A stretch of DNA of 64,000 nucleotides. Origin: an uncultured Planctomycetota bacterium. Lineage in GTDB: Bacteria; Planctomycetota; Planctomycetia; Pirellulales; Lacipirellulaceae. Positions 53,962 through 63,515 of the stretch are shown one piece after another. Position 1 is the stretch's first letter. The number at the start of each line of letters is the position of its first letter. The position numbers were made by a program, and so were the translations under genes. A model generated the notes under the pieces. It was not told the DNA's origin, searched no databases, and saw only the letters and a list, made by a program, of their open reading frames with translations. The DNA lies in assembly GCA_963719315.1 (NCBI GenBank), contig CAVRBU010000002.1, forward strand, positions 1 through 64,000. The letters run 5' to 3'.

Positions 53962-54558
53962 ATGACTATCAGAAGAATGATCTACCTGGGCATTGTCAGC
54001 GTCGTCATCGTGCTTGCCTATTTTGGCTGGAAGCTAACGGCACGAAGTGCGTACGAATCGGCCGAATACACGGTGCTCGAATCAGATAGCCCGTTTGAAA
54101 TACGCGAATACCCTGACCTGCAGCTGGCCACGACCAACATGCAGTTCAAATCGCAAGGCGATGATGGCAGTTTCATGCGATTGTTTCGCTACATTGGCGG
54201 CGCGAACGAAAAACAGCAAAAAGTGGCGATGACAACTCCCGTCTTCATGGAACCTCAAGCCGACGGCGCTCAGGGCCAAATGGGATTCGTGATCCCCAAG
54301 AATGTTGCTGACCAACGCGTGCCGGAACCGACGAGCGAACAAGTCCAGATTTCGAAACGCGCTGGTGGACGATTCGCTGTCATTCGATTTGCCGGGCAAA
54401 TGAATCGCGAATCCGTGGCGAAGGCCGAAGTACAATTGCGAACGTGGATGAACAAGAAAGGATTAGTTGGCGAACTCGATGCGGAGTTGGCCGGCTACGA
54501 TCCGCCCTGGACCCCCGGCCCATTTCGCCGCAATGAGGTTCTGATTCGCTTGAATTGA
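53962..54558 (+). CDS. SOUL heme-binding family protein
   Basis: EIREYP, FMRLFRYI.G.N, MTTPV, YDPPWT...RRNEV. Confidence 0.92.
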   Translation: MTIRRMIYLGIVSVVIVLAYFGWKLTARSAYESAEYTVLESDSPFEIREYPDLQLATTNMQFKSQGDDGSFMRLFRYIGGANEKQQKVAMTTPVFMEPQADGAQGQMGFVIPKNVADQRVPEPTSEQVQISKRAGGRFAVIRFAGQMNRESVAKAEVQLRTWMNKKGLVGELDAELAGYDPPWTPGPFRRNEVLIRLN

Positions 54559-55584
54559 GCGATCATTTGCCGGTTCGCGTTCCGAGTCTCGAAAATGAGC
54601 GTTAATCGGCACTCGGAGACCATAGACGTAGACGCGGTTTGCGATGCTCTGCACAACCGGCCTCCTTCAAATCGCACCCATGCGAACCCGCAATTTCTCC
54701 TTATTACAGCCGAGCCCGAGGCTTGATAGGGTCGCTCTGAACCTCCGTTCGTGAGGCATTCGCCACGCCGCTGTCGCGAAGCAAGAAATGAACTAACGGC
54801 GAACAGGGCCGCGAAAGTAGACAAGCCTCGACCGAGGCCCGCTGAGGGGTGGAACAAGCTGTTCCGGTGTCGCAATCCGAGACTAGCAACACTCCCCGCC
54901 ATCAAACGCCGGTCAAACGACAAAGGTCGTGCAAGACAGGTCCGCCTTGCGACGGCACTTCGCCCTTTATAACGGATGGAATTTATGGTTGCTCGAAACG
55001 ACAAGGCCAGCATTTGCTATCGACAGGTCGCAGGTGGATATCGCACACGATCATCGTCAACTGATTATGGAAGGCGTATCCTTTGTTGCGACCATAGCTG
55101 AGAGTTTCGGTGTGGTAGCGACACGCCCCAAACGGGTCGTACCATTCGTCAAAGCAACTCCGCCGAGCCTAGAAGAGATCGGCGCAACTTCAACTTTTTC
55201 GGACAGCGCCGCCAGACGTAGTCAAGGCCGTCAAACGGATCGCAGTAGCAATTAGAGAGACGATTCGAACCTGCGACCCTGAGACAACGCACCGCGCGAC
55301 ATCAGCCCGTGGTCAATCCTCTAGGAAGTCTTGTTGCCGTAATGGCTGCGGAGAGCCGCACAACAGTTGACAGAATTTCCCGTAAAAGAAAGAGACGACA
55401 CTGATCGGTCGACTACTTGCGCCGATAGGCGTGCGACCGATAAGCGAGGCGGGGTACGATGATTCTTATTGGGGTACAGAACTCGCAAAGGGGGATGTCT
55501 GGTTGAGACTTCCTCCTTTGGCGTCGGCTCAGTATAACTTGAGCCGCGTAACCTAAGTCCGCTATGGACCTGGATTTCCGAAAA

Positions 55585-55626
55585 TGGCGGGGACAGGATT
55601 CGAACCTGCGACCTCGAGGTTATGAG
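55585..55626 (-). repeat. tRNA-Met(CAT) 3' half, att core copy 3
   Basis: Identical 42-mer. Confidence 0.93.
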
Positions 55627-56080
55627 TTTGATTTGGCAATCCCCATAACTCCGCTCTTTGACGACACTTGCGAATTTTACATCCTCCTTTGTGGGCTTGC
55701 AAGTTATGTTATTCTTTAGCGTTGATTAGCAAGTATTGCAATTTTTTATCTCGCAAAGGGGGAAGCTCCAAAGCGGGTGCGCACGACGTATTGGATCTGC
55801 TTTCGCACGCCACTGACAAAGATTCTGTCAAAAACGTCGACAGCGCGGCCCACCCCATCCACGATGTCTTCCGTTCGGAAGTATTCCTCGGTTGAGCGAA
55901 GAATTCGACTGTCTTTCAACGGCATCCTGTCATCAATCACGTGACAACTTCAAGTCCGGAACACGTTGGCCACGGATTGGATTTGTCAAAGTCGTTGTCA
56001 GTCGCGCTTCCCACGCAGCGCTGACGGTCTTCGTCCGTGTTGCCTCACCGAACGATTCAGCTCACGATTGCCCTGGAAAT

Positions 56081-56160
56081 CTACAGGAGATTCGGTGCCG
56101 AAGTGGCATCGAGTGATTTACGAATTAGCTTCAAGTGGTCTGAAGGCAGGCTACGACGAG
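56081..56160 (-). pseudogene. 3' remnant of the class V aminotransferase gene seen in island A
   Basis: RRSLPSDHLKLIRKSLDATSAPNLL* versus RRNLPSDHLKLIRKSLDATSAPVPL* at 6926-7005. Confidence 0.8.
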
Positions 56161-56161
56161 T

Positions 56162-56353
56162 GTGCTTGATGCACAGTTCGCTGGCGGCGAAGCTCTCACC
56201 AACGGCACCCCCATCTTCAGCGGCGACCATCCGGCTCAGTACTTCACGGCAGAAAATCGCACGGTCAGATTTGTCCCAGAGCCGGCGTCGCTCTTTCTGC
56301 TGGCCGTGGGGGCAGCCGGGCCGTTTTGCAGCCGATTGAGACATGTCTCGTGA
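56162..56353 (+). pseudogene. C-terminal fragment of a PEP-CTERM gene
   Basis: VRFVPEPASLFLLAVG without signal peptide or upstream domain. Confidence 0.55.
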
Positions 56354-56650
56354 CTGTCGAGCTCTCCTGCTTAGGCAACCGTGGCGGATAAACATTTCGC
56401 ACAACGCCAAAAATCGTCGAAGCGATCGTTGGTAGCACAGTTTTTTCGTGCCGGAAATTCGTCTCCGCGGCCGGTCTGACACTGGGCGGTAATTTTGGAC
56501 GAAAAACCGGTCATCTACCCAAGGTTTCGCACCACAATGAGAATCATTAAAATAGGAAAGCAGCGCAATCGTGGTGCGGCCAGTGCTAAATTAATCATGT
56601 CCGGGTGCGGGTCTTTCCCGGCGCACTCGCTCTGTTTAAATGGTACCAAC

Positions 56651-56983
56651 ATGAACTTGATTAGGTGGATAAATAGGTGGCTTACGCACCGCGGAAAGGC
56701 TCTCTTGCTGTATCGGGCCGGAATGGCGAAGGCGAACAAACGCGATTACCACGGCGCGATAGCCGACTACTCAGATGCGATTCGGGCACCGGACATCCCG
56801 ATCGATGTGAAAGCTATGGCGACCTACAATCGGGCGCTCGCGTATACCGCGATTAGTGAAGACGAAAAAGCGGCTGAAGACCTTGCGGCGATGCTAGAAA
56901 TGGCTGGACTGCCTGAAAACATCAAAACAGAGGCTCGCCAACGGCGGGAACGGATAAAAAAGGCGCGACGAGAACAAGGATAG
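56651..56983 (+). CDS. Small TPR-like protein
   Basis: GAIADYSDAI, ATYNRALAY, AAEDL. Confidence 0.75.
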   Translation: MNLIRWINRWLTHRGKALLLYRAGMAKANKRDYHGAIADYSDAIRAPDIPIDVKAMATYNRALAYTAISEDEKAAEDLAAMLEMAGLPENIKTEARQRRERIKKARREQG

Positions 56984-57391
56984 TCCGTGACGACTACATT
57001 GCACATCCGACTCGTTGACGAACCCTGCCCGGGAGTCTCATAACCGCAATTCATCGAATTGTGTCAAAACTAATCAACTCGTAAAACGCGTCGTAAATCC
57101 ACCGTTTAGACACGTCCGGAAGGGTGCCGATTCCGCCAACTCCGGAGCCGGTGACTGACCCTTTCGCGCGGTGTTCAAAACTCATCGACCCGGCGATCTC
57201 GACACAGATTTTCCGTGCCGAAAAGGCATAGGTTATCTCAGACTGAGGCGCGGAGCCGCTTTGAGCCCTGAAATATCTCGGTAAACCAACGTATTTCAAA
57301 TTGCGGTTCACAGACAATTCCGCCTACGACGCTTCGGAGTGAACAATCTTGGGGTCGGCGTTCATGGGCGTCGGGAAGAGATACGATTCGC

Positions 57392-58496
57392 CTAAAAGTG
57401 AAGTAAAATCGGAGATTGCTCGTCGGCAACGCGGGGACCGTGAGCAGCTGTGTCTCCCAAGAGTGTCTGCATCTCGAAGTTGTGCACCGCCATCCACAGA
57501 TAGGCCAGCGTCGATTCCGCACCTTGGTTGCGATTTACGCCCAGTGGTTCCAAGCCGTCGCAGCACGTTCCGAACTGAGGCTCTGCAAGCGCTTCGCTTA
57601 GACTGTTGCGGCCGTGAAACCAATCGTTAGCGTGGCAAAATGCGGTTAGGTAATTGTCCTTTTTATCAAGTCGAAACGCCGCCAGTGCGGCATCTGCCAT
57701 GGTGGCTGCCTCGACCGGTTGCTGATCATAGAGCGCCTTCTCCTCTCTGTGGGAATACCAGTCACTGTTTCCGACGGGCCAGAACACATTGTTGACCGTA
57801 GTAGTCTGATCTAAAAAATCGAACGATGTTTCCGCCACTTCGCGGAAACTCTCTTCCGGCCAGCGCTGCCCTGCAACGAATAGCGCATGCGGCAACACGG
57901 CATTCGCATACGTAAGACGTGACTCAAACCATTGCCAGTCAGGACGTACCGAACGCTCATAACACTCGATCAATCGCTGCGCCGCCGACCATGCAACAAG
58001 CTCGAGTAGCTCGATATCTTTGGACCGCTTTTCCCATAGATGACCCCAGGCCATGATCAAGTATGCTTGGGCGCGTAAGCTTCGTAGCTCGACAAGTGCA
58101 GGAACAGTATCCTCAATTAACTCGCGCGCGAACGCGCGGTGGCCCGCGGGTAGATCGCTTCCGAGTACCTCTGCCAGTGCTCGAATAGCCTGGCCCTGGC
58201 AATCGCCCGTACCGTTCGCATCCAACCAATCGCGCTGATAGCTCAAGAAGTTGTGAAATCCGCGCACGGGACTGCGCATGTTCGAGAAAACTCAGGTACG
58301 TGGTTACGCGGGCAAGCATACGCTTGTCTGGGTCCTCGCACCATAAACGGGCGCACAGGCGCAAAGCCCGGACATTGTCGTCCGTGGTGTAACCACTCTC
58401 GCGACGCGGAACACTATAAATCGCATGCTGGATCAGTCCCGCTGAATCGGTCATGCGGTCCAAATGATCCATTACAATCCAGTCGCGAACAGACAT
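57392..58496 (-). pseudogene. Glycosyltransferase-associated glycosidase-like protein, frameshift near 58275
   Basis: HLDRMTD..GLIQHA..GYTTDDN in one frame; WFESRLTYANA, DQQPVE, NQGAESTL in the next. Confidence 0.8.
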
Positions 58497-58507
58497 AACA
58501 GCTCTTT

Positions 58508-59731
58508 CTAATTTGATTCAATGGCACTGCCCACACTGACGAGCGGGGTGATGGCTTGGTGCGCGGGGTGTTTGTGGCGCGGGTCGACCGCGCGTTTTAC
58601 ACGGCTGTAAAGTTCCAAGTAGCTTCGCCCGACTTTGGGCCACGCCATCGGTTTGGCGTATTCGTAGGCTTTGAGTCGTGTTTCAGAACGAAAAGGCTCA
58701 TCTTTCAAGTATCGAATTGTCGCATTGGCAAGGGCGTTGCAATCGGCGAATGGCACGAGCTGCCCCCGTCCGTTTGCCAGGACTTCTTCCGCGTACAGGT
58801 AGGGAGTGCTAATGGTTGCGCATCCCGCCGACAGTCCATAGGCCAAAGTGCCGCTGGCAATTTGATCCTTTCCGGGGTAGGGAGTAACGAAGACGTCGCA
58901 AGCCTGCAAATACTGCGCGAGACCCACCAGGCTGAGAAAACTGTTGACAAACTGCACGTGCGCGCCGACACCCAACGTTTCAGCCATTGCCACAAGGCTC
59001 TCTCGGTAAACTTCGCCTTCTTGGCGTTTTACCAGAGGATGTGTCGCGCCGACGACAAGATACACGGCCGTGGGGCATGCTGCCACAATTCGCGGCATGG
59101 CCCGAATCATATGTTCCAGCCCCTTGCCGCGGTTGATTAGCCCGAAACTGCAAATGACTTGCTGTCTGGAGAGCTCCAACCGAGATTTTGCCTTACCCTC
59201 CGAGTCAACCGGGATGTCCGGTACACCGTGTGGAATGATATTCACCTTCGGCCCAGATATCCCATAAATCTCATCCAGGAGTTTGGCCGCCACCTTGGTC
59301 ATCACGACGACCGCTTGGCTCCGCTCGGCAACCATGTGAATCAATTGCTTCGGCAGCCGCTCCGGCTTAGTCATCAGCGTGTGAAACGTGGTGACAACGG
59401 GCTTGCGACAATTACGCAGAAAGTCCAGAACATCCATTCCCCACGGGCCCGCAAACAGGCCAAACTCGTGCTGTAAGTTCACAACGTCATAGGGACCTTC
59501 ATTGGCAACATCCGCCGCTCGCCGGTAAGCGTTTCGTCGTGCATTATCGATAGCATGCACCACACGCGGATCGTCATAGCATAGCTCATCCGTTTTTCGG
59601 ATCGCCGCTACGGAGCAAATCGCTACCGTGGCGGCCAAGTCCACTGCATCGGCCGAATCTTTCGTAAAGGTTGCGAGCCCGCATTTCTCAGGTGGATAAG
59701 TGGATATGAATAGTGGGCGAACTTTGTGCAT
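58508..59731 (-). CDS. Glycosyltransferase family 4
   Basis: [34 protein letters not shown]. Confidence 0.92.
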   Translation of the reverse strand: MHKVRPLFISTYPPEKCGLATFTKDSADAVDLAATVAICSVAAIRKTDELCYDDPRVVHAIDNARRNAYRRAADVANEGPYDVVNLQHEFGLFAGPWGMDVLDFLRNCRKPVVTTFHTLMTKPERLPKQLIHMVAERSQAVVVMTKVAAKLLDEIYGISGPKVNIIPHGVPDIPVDSEGKAKSRLELSRQQVICSFGLINRGKGLEHMIRAMPRIVAACPTAVYLVVGATHPLVKRQEGEVYRESLVAMAETLGVGAHVQFVNSFLSLVGLAQYLQACDVFVTPYPGKDQIASGTLAYGLSAGCATISTPYLYAEEVLANGRGQLVPFADCNALANATIRYLKDEPFRSETRLKAYEYAKPMAWPKVGRSYLELYSRVKRAVDPRHKHPAHQAITPLVSVGSAIESN

Positions 59732-59783
59732 TACTTACCCTCTCCGTCGTGCCTTGTGCTGCTCAATGTTGACCATCCTTTGG

Positions 59784-60062
59784 CTAGCCAACTGCCACAG
59801 CACCCGGCGCCGGTTCCAAAATCACTTTGACTTCGGAGATCCCGGCCAGCAATCGCTCAAACCGGCGTCCAGTCACCTGTGAGTTGTGGGCCACGCGAAA
59901 TATGTAATCCGACGAATTGCGTACTTCCTGCACTGGCTCGCTGGTTTTGAATACGAAAAAGTCGCTCAGTCGACGCAACAGCCAATTCACATTTTCCAAG
60001 CCATCGACGCGGAGACCTGAGGCACCATCCATTCGCCATATCCAAACTCTGAATGCTTTCAT
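59784..60062 (-). CDS. Hypothetical protein
   Basis: TAATG coupling to upstream gene; GAGGA RBS. Confidence 0.75.
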   Translation of the reverse strand: MKAFRVWIWRMDGASGLRVDGLENVNWLLRRLSDFFVFKTSEPVQEVRNSSDYIFRVAHNSQVTGRRFERLLAGISEVKVILEPAPGAVAVG

Positions 60063-60367
60063 TATTCCTCCCCGCGCAATGGGGACGCAGGCCGGTCGAT
60101 ATTCCCTTTAGCTGTCGCACGTTCGCTGACGACACTCGCTCTTAAATGCGGGCCATCTTCTAGCGTGAAGTCAACCGCCTGACCTCGGCGCAAGTCGTCG
60201 AAGCCATGAATGCCCGGGACCGCATCGTGCAAAAAGTACACTTCTCGACCGGTGTCGTCGTGGATAGTGCCGTATCCTTTGTCGTTGTGGCCGGGAATGA
60301 GTTTTGAATTGGGCTGATAGGTTTGTTGTGACAGATGCACAAGCTTGTTGATCATTCCAATCGGCAT
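60062..60367 (-). CDS. Cold-shock-domain (OB-fold) protein
   Basis: KGYGTI...EVYFLH...FDDLRRGQAVDF. Confidence 0.8.
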   Translation of the reverse strand: MPIGMINKLVHLSQQTYQPNSKLIPGHNDKGYGTIHDDTGREVYFLHDAVPGIHGFDDLRRGQAVDFTLEDGPHLRASVVSERATAKGNIDRPASPLRGEE

Positions 60368-60624
60368 GGCACTTACCTTTCCTGGCAAACCCAAAATCGT
60401 AAAATACGAGGCGCTTTATCGATTTAGGGTCGGCGTTTGATCCGATCAACCAATGTGAATAGCCCCCAAAGAATGATCGCGATGGCAAGAAATGCGATTA
60501 TCTCCGTTGGCCCGATTCCAAACACTTCAAACACGGTTTACCTCCGATGGCGACATAACCGCCGTCTGCTTACTGTGCACTGCCAGTAATCGGTTGCCAC
60601 AAACGGTGCAGACCAACGGCACAT

Positions 60625-61116
60625 TCACGCCTCGCCGCCCGTGTCGCGTTGAAAAGCTTCGACGAGCAATTCCTGCTCGCGACGAAGGTGTTCCAGTATT
60701 TCGTTGATCGTTCTTCGCACGTCGAAGCACGTCGCATCGAACTCCGCCAGATTCGCCGGCGATGCCAAGTCAAGCCGGACGACTATTTTTCGAACTGCGG
60801 CCCGAAGCTGCTCGTGGTCTCGTCTCAAATCATCGACCTGGCTTGTCAATGCCGGGTTGAAGCGAGAAATGCTATCCATATAGCCGTCGATCTCTTCCAA
60901 TGCGAACAACCGCTCTAGATGTTGCTGATACAACACCGTAAAAAATCGCACGCTCGAAAGCTTCCTCCCGTAGCCACCACCATCGACAGCCCACCCGATC
61001 ATGACTTCCAGCGCACGCGTAATGTGCTCCAATGCCTGGCTCTCAACCTTCGTCTGTTGAATGAGTAGTTCTTGATTCATTTGGTCGTCAATTACTGAAC
61101 CGGCCGCCAATTTCAC
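60625..61116 (-). CDS. Hemerythrin-like domain protein
   Basis: HLERLFALEE, LRRDH, HLRRE; GTGA overlap with BON gene. Confidence 0.75.
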   Translation of the reverse strand: MKLAAGSVIDDQMNQELLIQQTKVESQALEHITRALEVMIGWAVDGGGYGRKLSSVRFFTVLYQQHLERLFALEEIDGYMDSISRFNPALTSQVDDLRRDHEQLRAAVRKIVVRLDLASPANLAEFDATCFDVRRTINEILEHLRREQELLVEAFQRDTGGEA

Positions 61117-61352
61117 GTTCGCCTCGCGGCCGGCTTTATGGTCATTTGGCTGACCACTCGCCGCCCGCCCGTGAGCCCGGCGATCGCTTTTAAGGCGGCT
61201 TTTTGTTGATGTGCGAACTGAACACTCCCGGACAATGTCACCTGCCCGTTACTTGTCGATATGGTTAAGTGCTGAGAGTCGAATCCGCGCGATGCTAGTT
61301 TGTTTTTGATACTACGCGCAATACGGCCATCTTGAGCATTGTTCATGGCCAT
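61113..61352 (-). CDS. BON domain protein
   Basis: NGQVTLSGSV...G.RRVVSQM. Confidence 0.85.
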   Translation of the reverse strand: MAMNNAQDGRIARSIKNKLASRGFDSQHLTISTSNGQVTLSGSVQFAHQQKAALKAIAGLTGGRRVVSQMTIKPAARRT

Positions 61353-61457
61353 TACTCCGGCGGTGAAACAGAGGTAGTTGTGGTGGGGGAAGCCGACAAG
61401 CTCAACCGAATCGCCAGTTGAAGCAGGTTCGCTTCACTCAGTGCGGTTCACTTCGCG

Positions 61458-61604
61458 CTAGCCGACGCGGCGTCCCTGAAGAACGTTGACGACCAATACC
61501 ACGAGTGCGACGACCAGGATAATGTGGACGAAATTCCCCGCCACGCCGAACCCAAGTCCTAAAGCCCACATCAGCAGCAGAATAAGCAACACGGTCCATA
61601 ACAT
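61458..61604 (-). CDS. 48-aa lmo0937-family membrane protein (not in ORF track)
   Basis: MLWTVLLILLLMWALGLGFGVAGNFVHIILVVALVVLVVNVLQGRRVG; GAGGTG RBS. Confidence 0.85.
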   Translation of the reverse strand: MLWTVLLILLLMWALGLGFGVAGNFVHIILVVALVVLVVNVLQGRRVG

Positions 61605-61636
61605 ACGTCACCTCATAAAACGAAGTAGAAGCCAAC

Positions 61637-61747
61637 AAAAAAACCGACGTGGCTGAGCACCCTAAGGTGATCGACCACGTCGGTTTACTCTTTAATGAGC
61701 CTTCCGGCACGACCGGGCTGCTCTTCATCTAGTCTTCCGACAAGTTC
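61637..61747 (-). ncRNA. Candidate cis-regulatory leader RNA with overlapping intrinsic terminator
   Basis: 5' stem GUCGG/CCGAC competes with terminator AAACCGACGUGG...CCACGUCGGUUUUUUU; lies between promoter and first gene. Confidence 0.65.
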
Positions 61748-61753
61748 ACATAA

Positions 61754-61782
61754 ATTATAGGCGCTGCGATGCACAAATTCAA
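61754..61782 (-). promoter_or_regulatory. sigma70-type promoter
   Basis: TTGAAT-17 bp-TATAAT. Confidence 0.75.
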
Positions 61783-62058
61783 GCAGCAAGTCAGCTTTTC
61801 ACCATCATCCGCACGGCTAGATCATCGTCGTTTTGCCTTTGACTCAGCGGATGAACGAACTTAGCTCCATACATGGCGACTAACGATCGATGCCGCATCA
61901 CGCATCGCTCCTTTGAGCGGGCACCTGAAGGTCCGGAACGGACGCGCGCCTCATTCGGAGAAATGGGGTAGCTTCTCGGCATAATTATTTTGTACCATCT
62001 TAGGGGTGGTTAAGATGGCACTCGAAAGCCATTCGGTATTGGGCGAAGCAAACGCCCA

Positions 62059-63027
62059 TCAGCCGCTCGCTGGCTCAGCGATGCTCGGGGAGTTGGAGAC
62101 GGTAAGTTTATTGGACGTATCGGATGAGCCCGCTGTGAGCTCTTCCAATGGAACTTCCGCCTCGACAAATGCCCGCGCTTCGTCAAGTTGTGGCGAGAGA
62201 AAATGGGAGACGATCACGGTGATGTTGTCTCTGCCGCCGTTTTCATTGGCCAAATTTACCAGCTTGCGGCAAGCCGCCTCGGCACTGGTGTTGGAATTGA
62301 GGAGCTCTTGCAGCTTTTCGTGGGGCACCATGTCGTAGAGGCCGTCTGTGCAGAGCAGCAGAATATCGTCGCGCTCAAGGGTTAATTTGTACACGTCCAC
62401 AGATAACTCATTTGAGCGCCCGCCGAGTACGTTCCAGAGGACATGGCTCATGGAAGAATGCCGCGATTCTTCGCGACTCATCTGCCCTGTCTCCGCCATT
62501 ATTTCGCTCACGGTATGGTCAACTGTTGTCTGGTCGAGCTGACGGTCTCTAAGCAGATAGCATCGGCTGTCGCCGACGTGGACAACGAAGGCTCTTGGCC
62601 AGACGATGTAGACCATCGTCATCGTGGTCCCCATGCTCTTCATCTCGGGATGCGTACTCACGGCGGTTTGAATACTTTTCTGGCAGGATTCAAGCGCCTC
62701 TTTCAAATGGTCCTCGAAATCGTGCTCCGAGTCTTCTTCGAGACGAAAGCACCAGGCGAGGCTGTTCAGGACGTAAGTTGTCACCTGGTCCACGGCAATG
62801 GTGCACGCCCGTTCGCCTGCTGCCTCGCCCCCCATTCCATCGGCAACGATCAGCAGTTTGCCTTGCGAGCCGCCGTAGACGCGCGTTTCGTTATCAAGAG
62901 TCAAGCTCGTGTCCTGCACACGCATCGACTTATTCAAGTCGGCGATAAGATAATGGTCCTGATTTGTGGGCCGCCGGCACCCTAAATCGGTCAACCCAAA
63001 GCAGTCCATTTGAGTGAGCATCGACAT
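62059..63027 (-). CDS. PP2C-family Ser/Thr phosphatase
   Basis: NQD, VADGMGG, MGTT, HVGDSR, LCTDGL, GGRDNIT. Confidence 0.93.
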   Translation of the reverse strand: MSMLTQMDCFGLTDLGCRRPTNQDHYLIADLNKSMRVQDTSLTLDNETRVYGGSQGKLLIVADGMGGEAAGERACTIAVDQVTTYVLNSLAWCFRLEEDSEHDFEDHLKEALESCQKSIQTAVSTHPEMKSMGTTMTMVYIVWPRAFVVHVGDSRCYLLRDRQLDQTTVDHTVSEIMAETGQMSREESRHSSMSHVLWNVLGGRSNELSVDVYKLTLERDDILLLCTDGLYDMVPHEKLQELLNSNTSAEAACRKLVNLANENGGRDNITVIVSHFLSPQLDEARAFVEAEVPLEELTAGSSDTSNKLTVSNSPSIAEPASG

Positions 63028-63105
63028 TCTCTCAATAACGAAGTAGTAAGACAACTGAACTTCGACCATCACCAAAGGCGCTGCCTCGGTTTAGTCAGTC
63101 GATGA

Positions 63106-63492
63106 CTAGCGCGTCAGACGCTCATTCACCCAAGTCCCGAAGTAGCTAAAGCTATGAGCACCAAGAGGCTCCGACAGACAGGCAACTCGCGTGGCGCCTT
63201 CACGGTCTTTGGCTTCAATGCCTAGTGCGTAATGTCCCGCCTGTAACTCCTTAATGGAAAACTCCATGATTGTGTCTTCGCCGTCTCCAAAGTTAAAAGT
63301 TTTTTGAAGACGTTTCAGCATCGCTATGCCATCCGCACCTTGCAAAGCGATGATGCTGGACTCGGCATAACCTGCCGCCTTCAAGGCCTGCGTAACTGCG
63401 TCGAACTGCTCCTTCGTGTCCACGAAGCCAATCGCCTGCATCTCGGGTGTGACCAGTTCTTGGCCGCAGTCAATAACGGGTTTGATTACCAT
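63106..63492 (-). CDS. Hypothetical protein
   Basis: GAGGA RBS; co-directional 128-aa ORF. Confidence 0.7.
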   Translation of the reverse strand: MVIKPVIDCGQELVTPEMQAIGFVDTKEQFDAVTQALKAAGYAESSIIALQGADGIAMLKRLQKTFNFGDGEDTIMEFSIKELQAGHYALGIEAKDREGATRVACLSEPLGAHSFSYFGTWVNERLTR

Positions 63493-63515
63493 TGTCGTTG
63501 TTCCTCAATCGCAGG

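Larger units (their letters stand above)
35013..55584. mobile_element. Genomic island B between tRNA-Met fragments 2 and 3 (no integrase recognised)
   Basis: Bounded by identical tRNA fragments and conserved arms. Confidence 0.8.

Noticed and set aside
60527..60628. 33-aa CxxC ORF coupled to the hemerythrin stop (GTGA)
   Set aside because: Plausible but only one CxxC and no other support.
61438..61728. 96-aa ORF MKSSPVVPEG...
   Set aside because: Runs through the structured leader and terminator and overlaps the better-supported 48-aa membrane gene.
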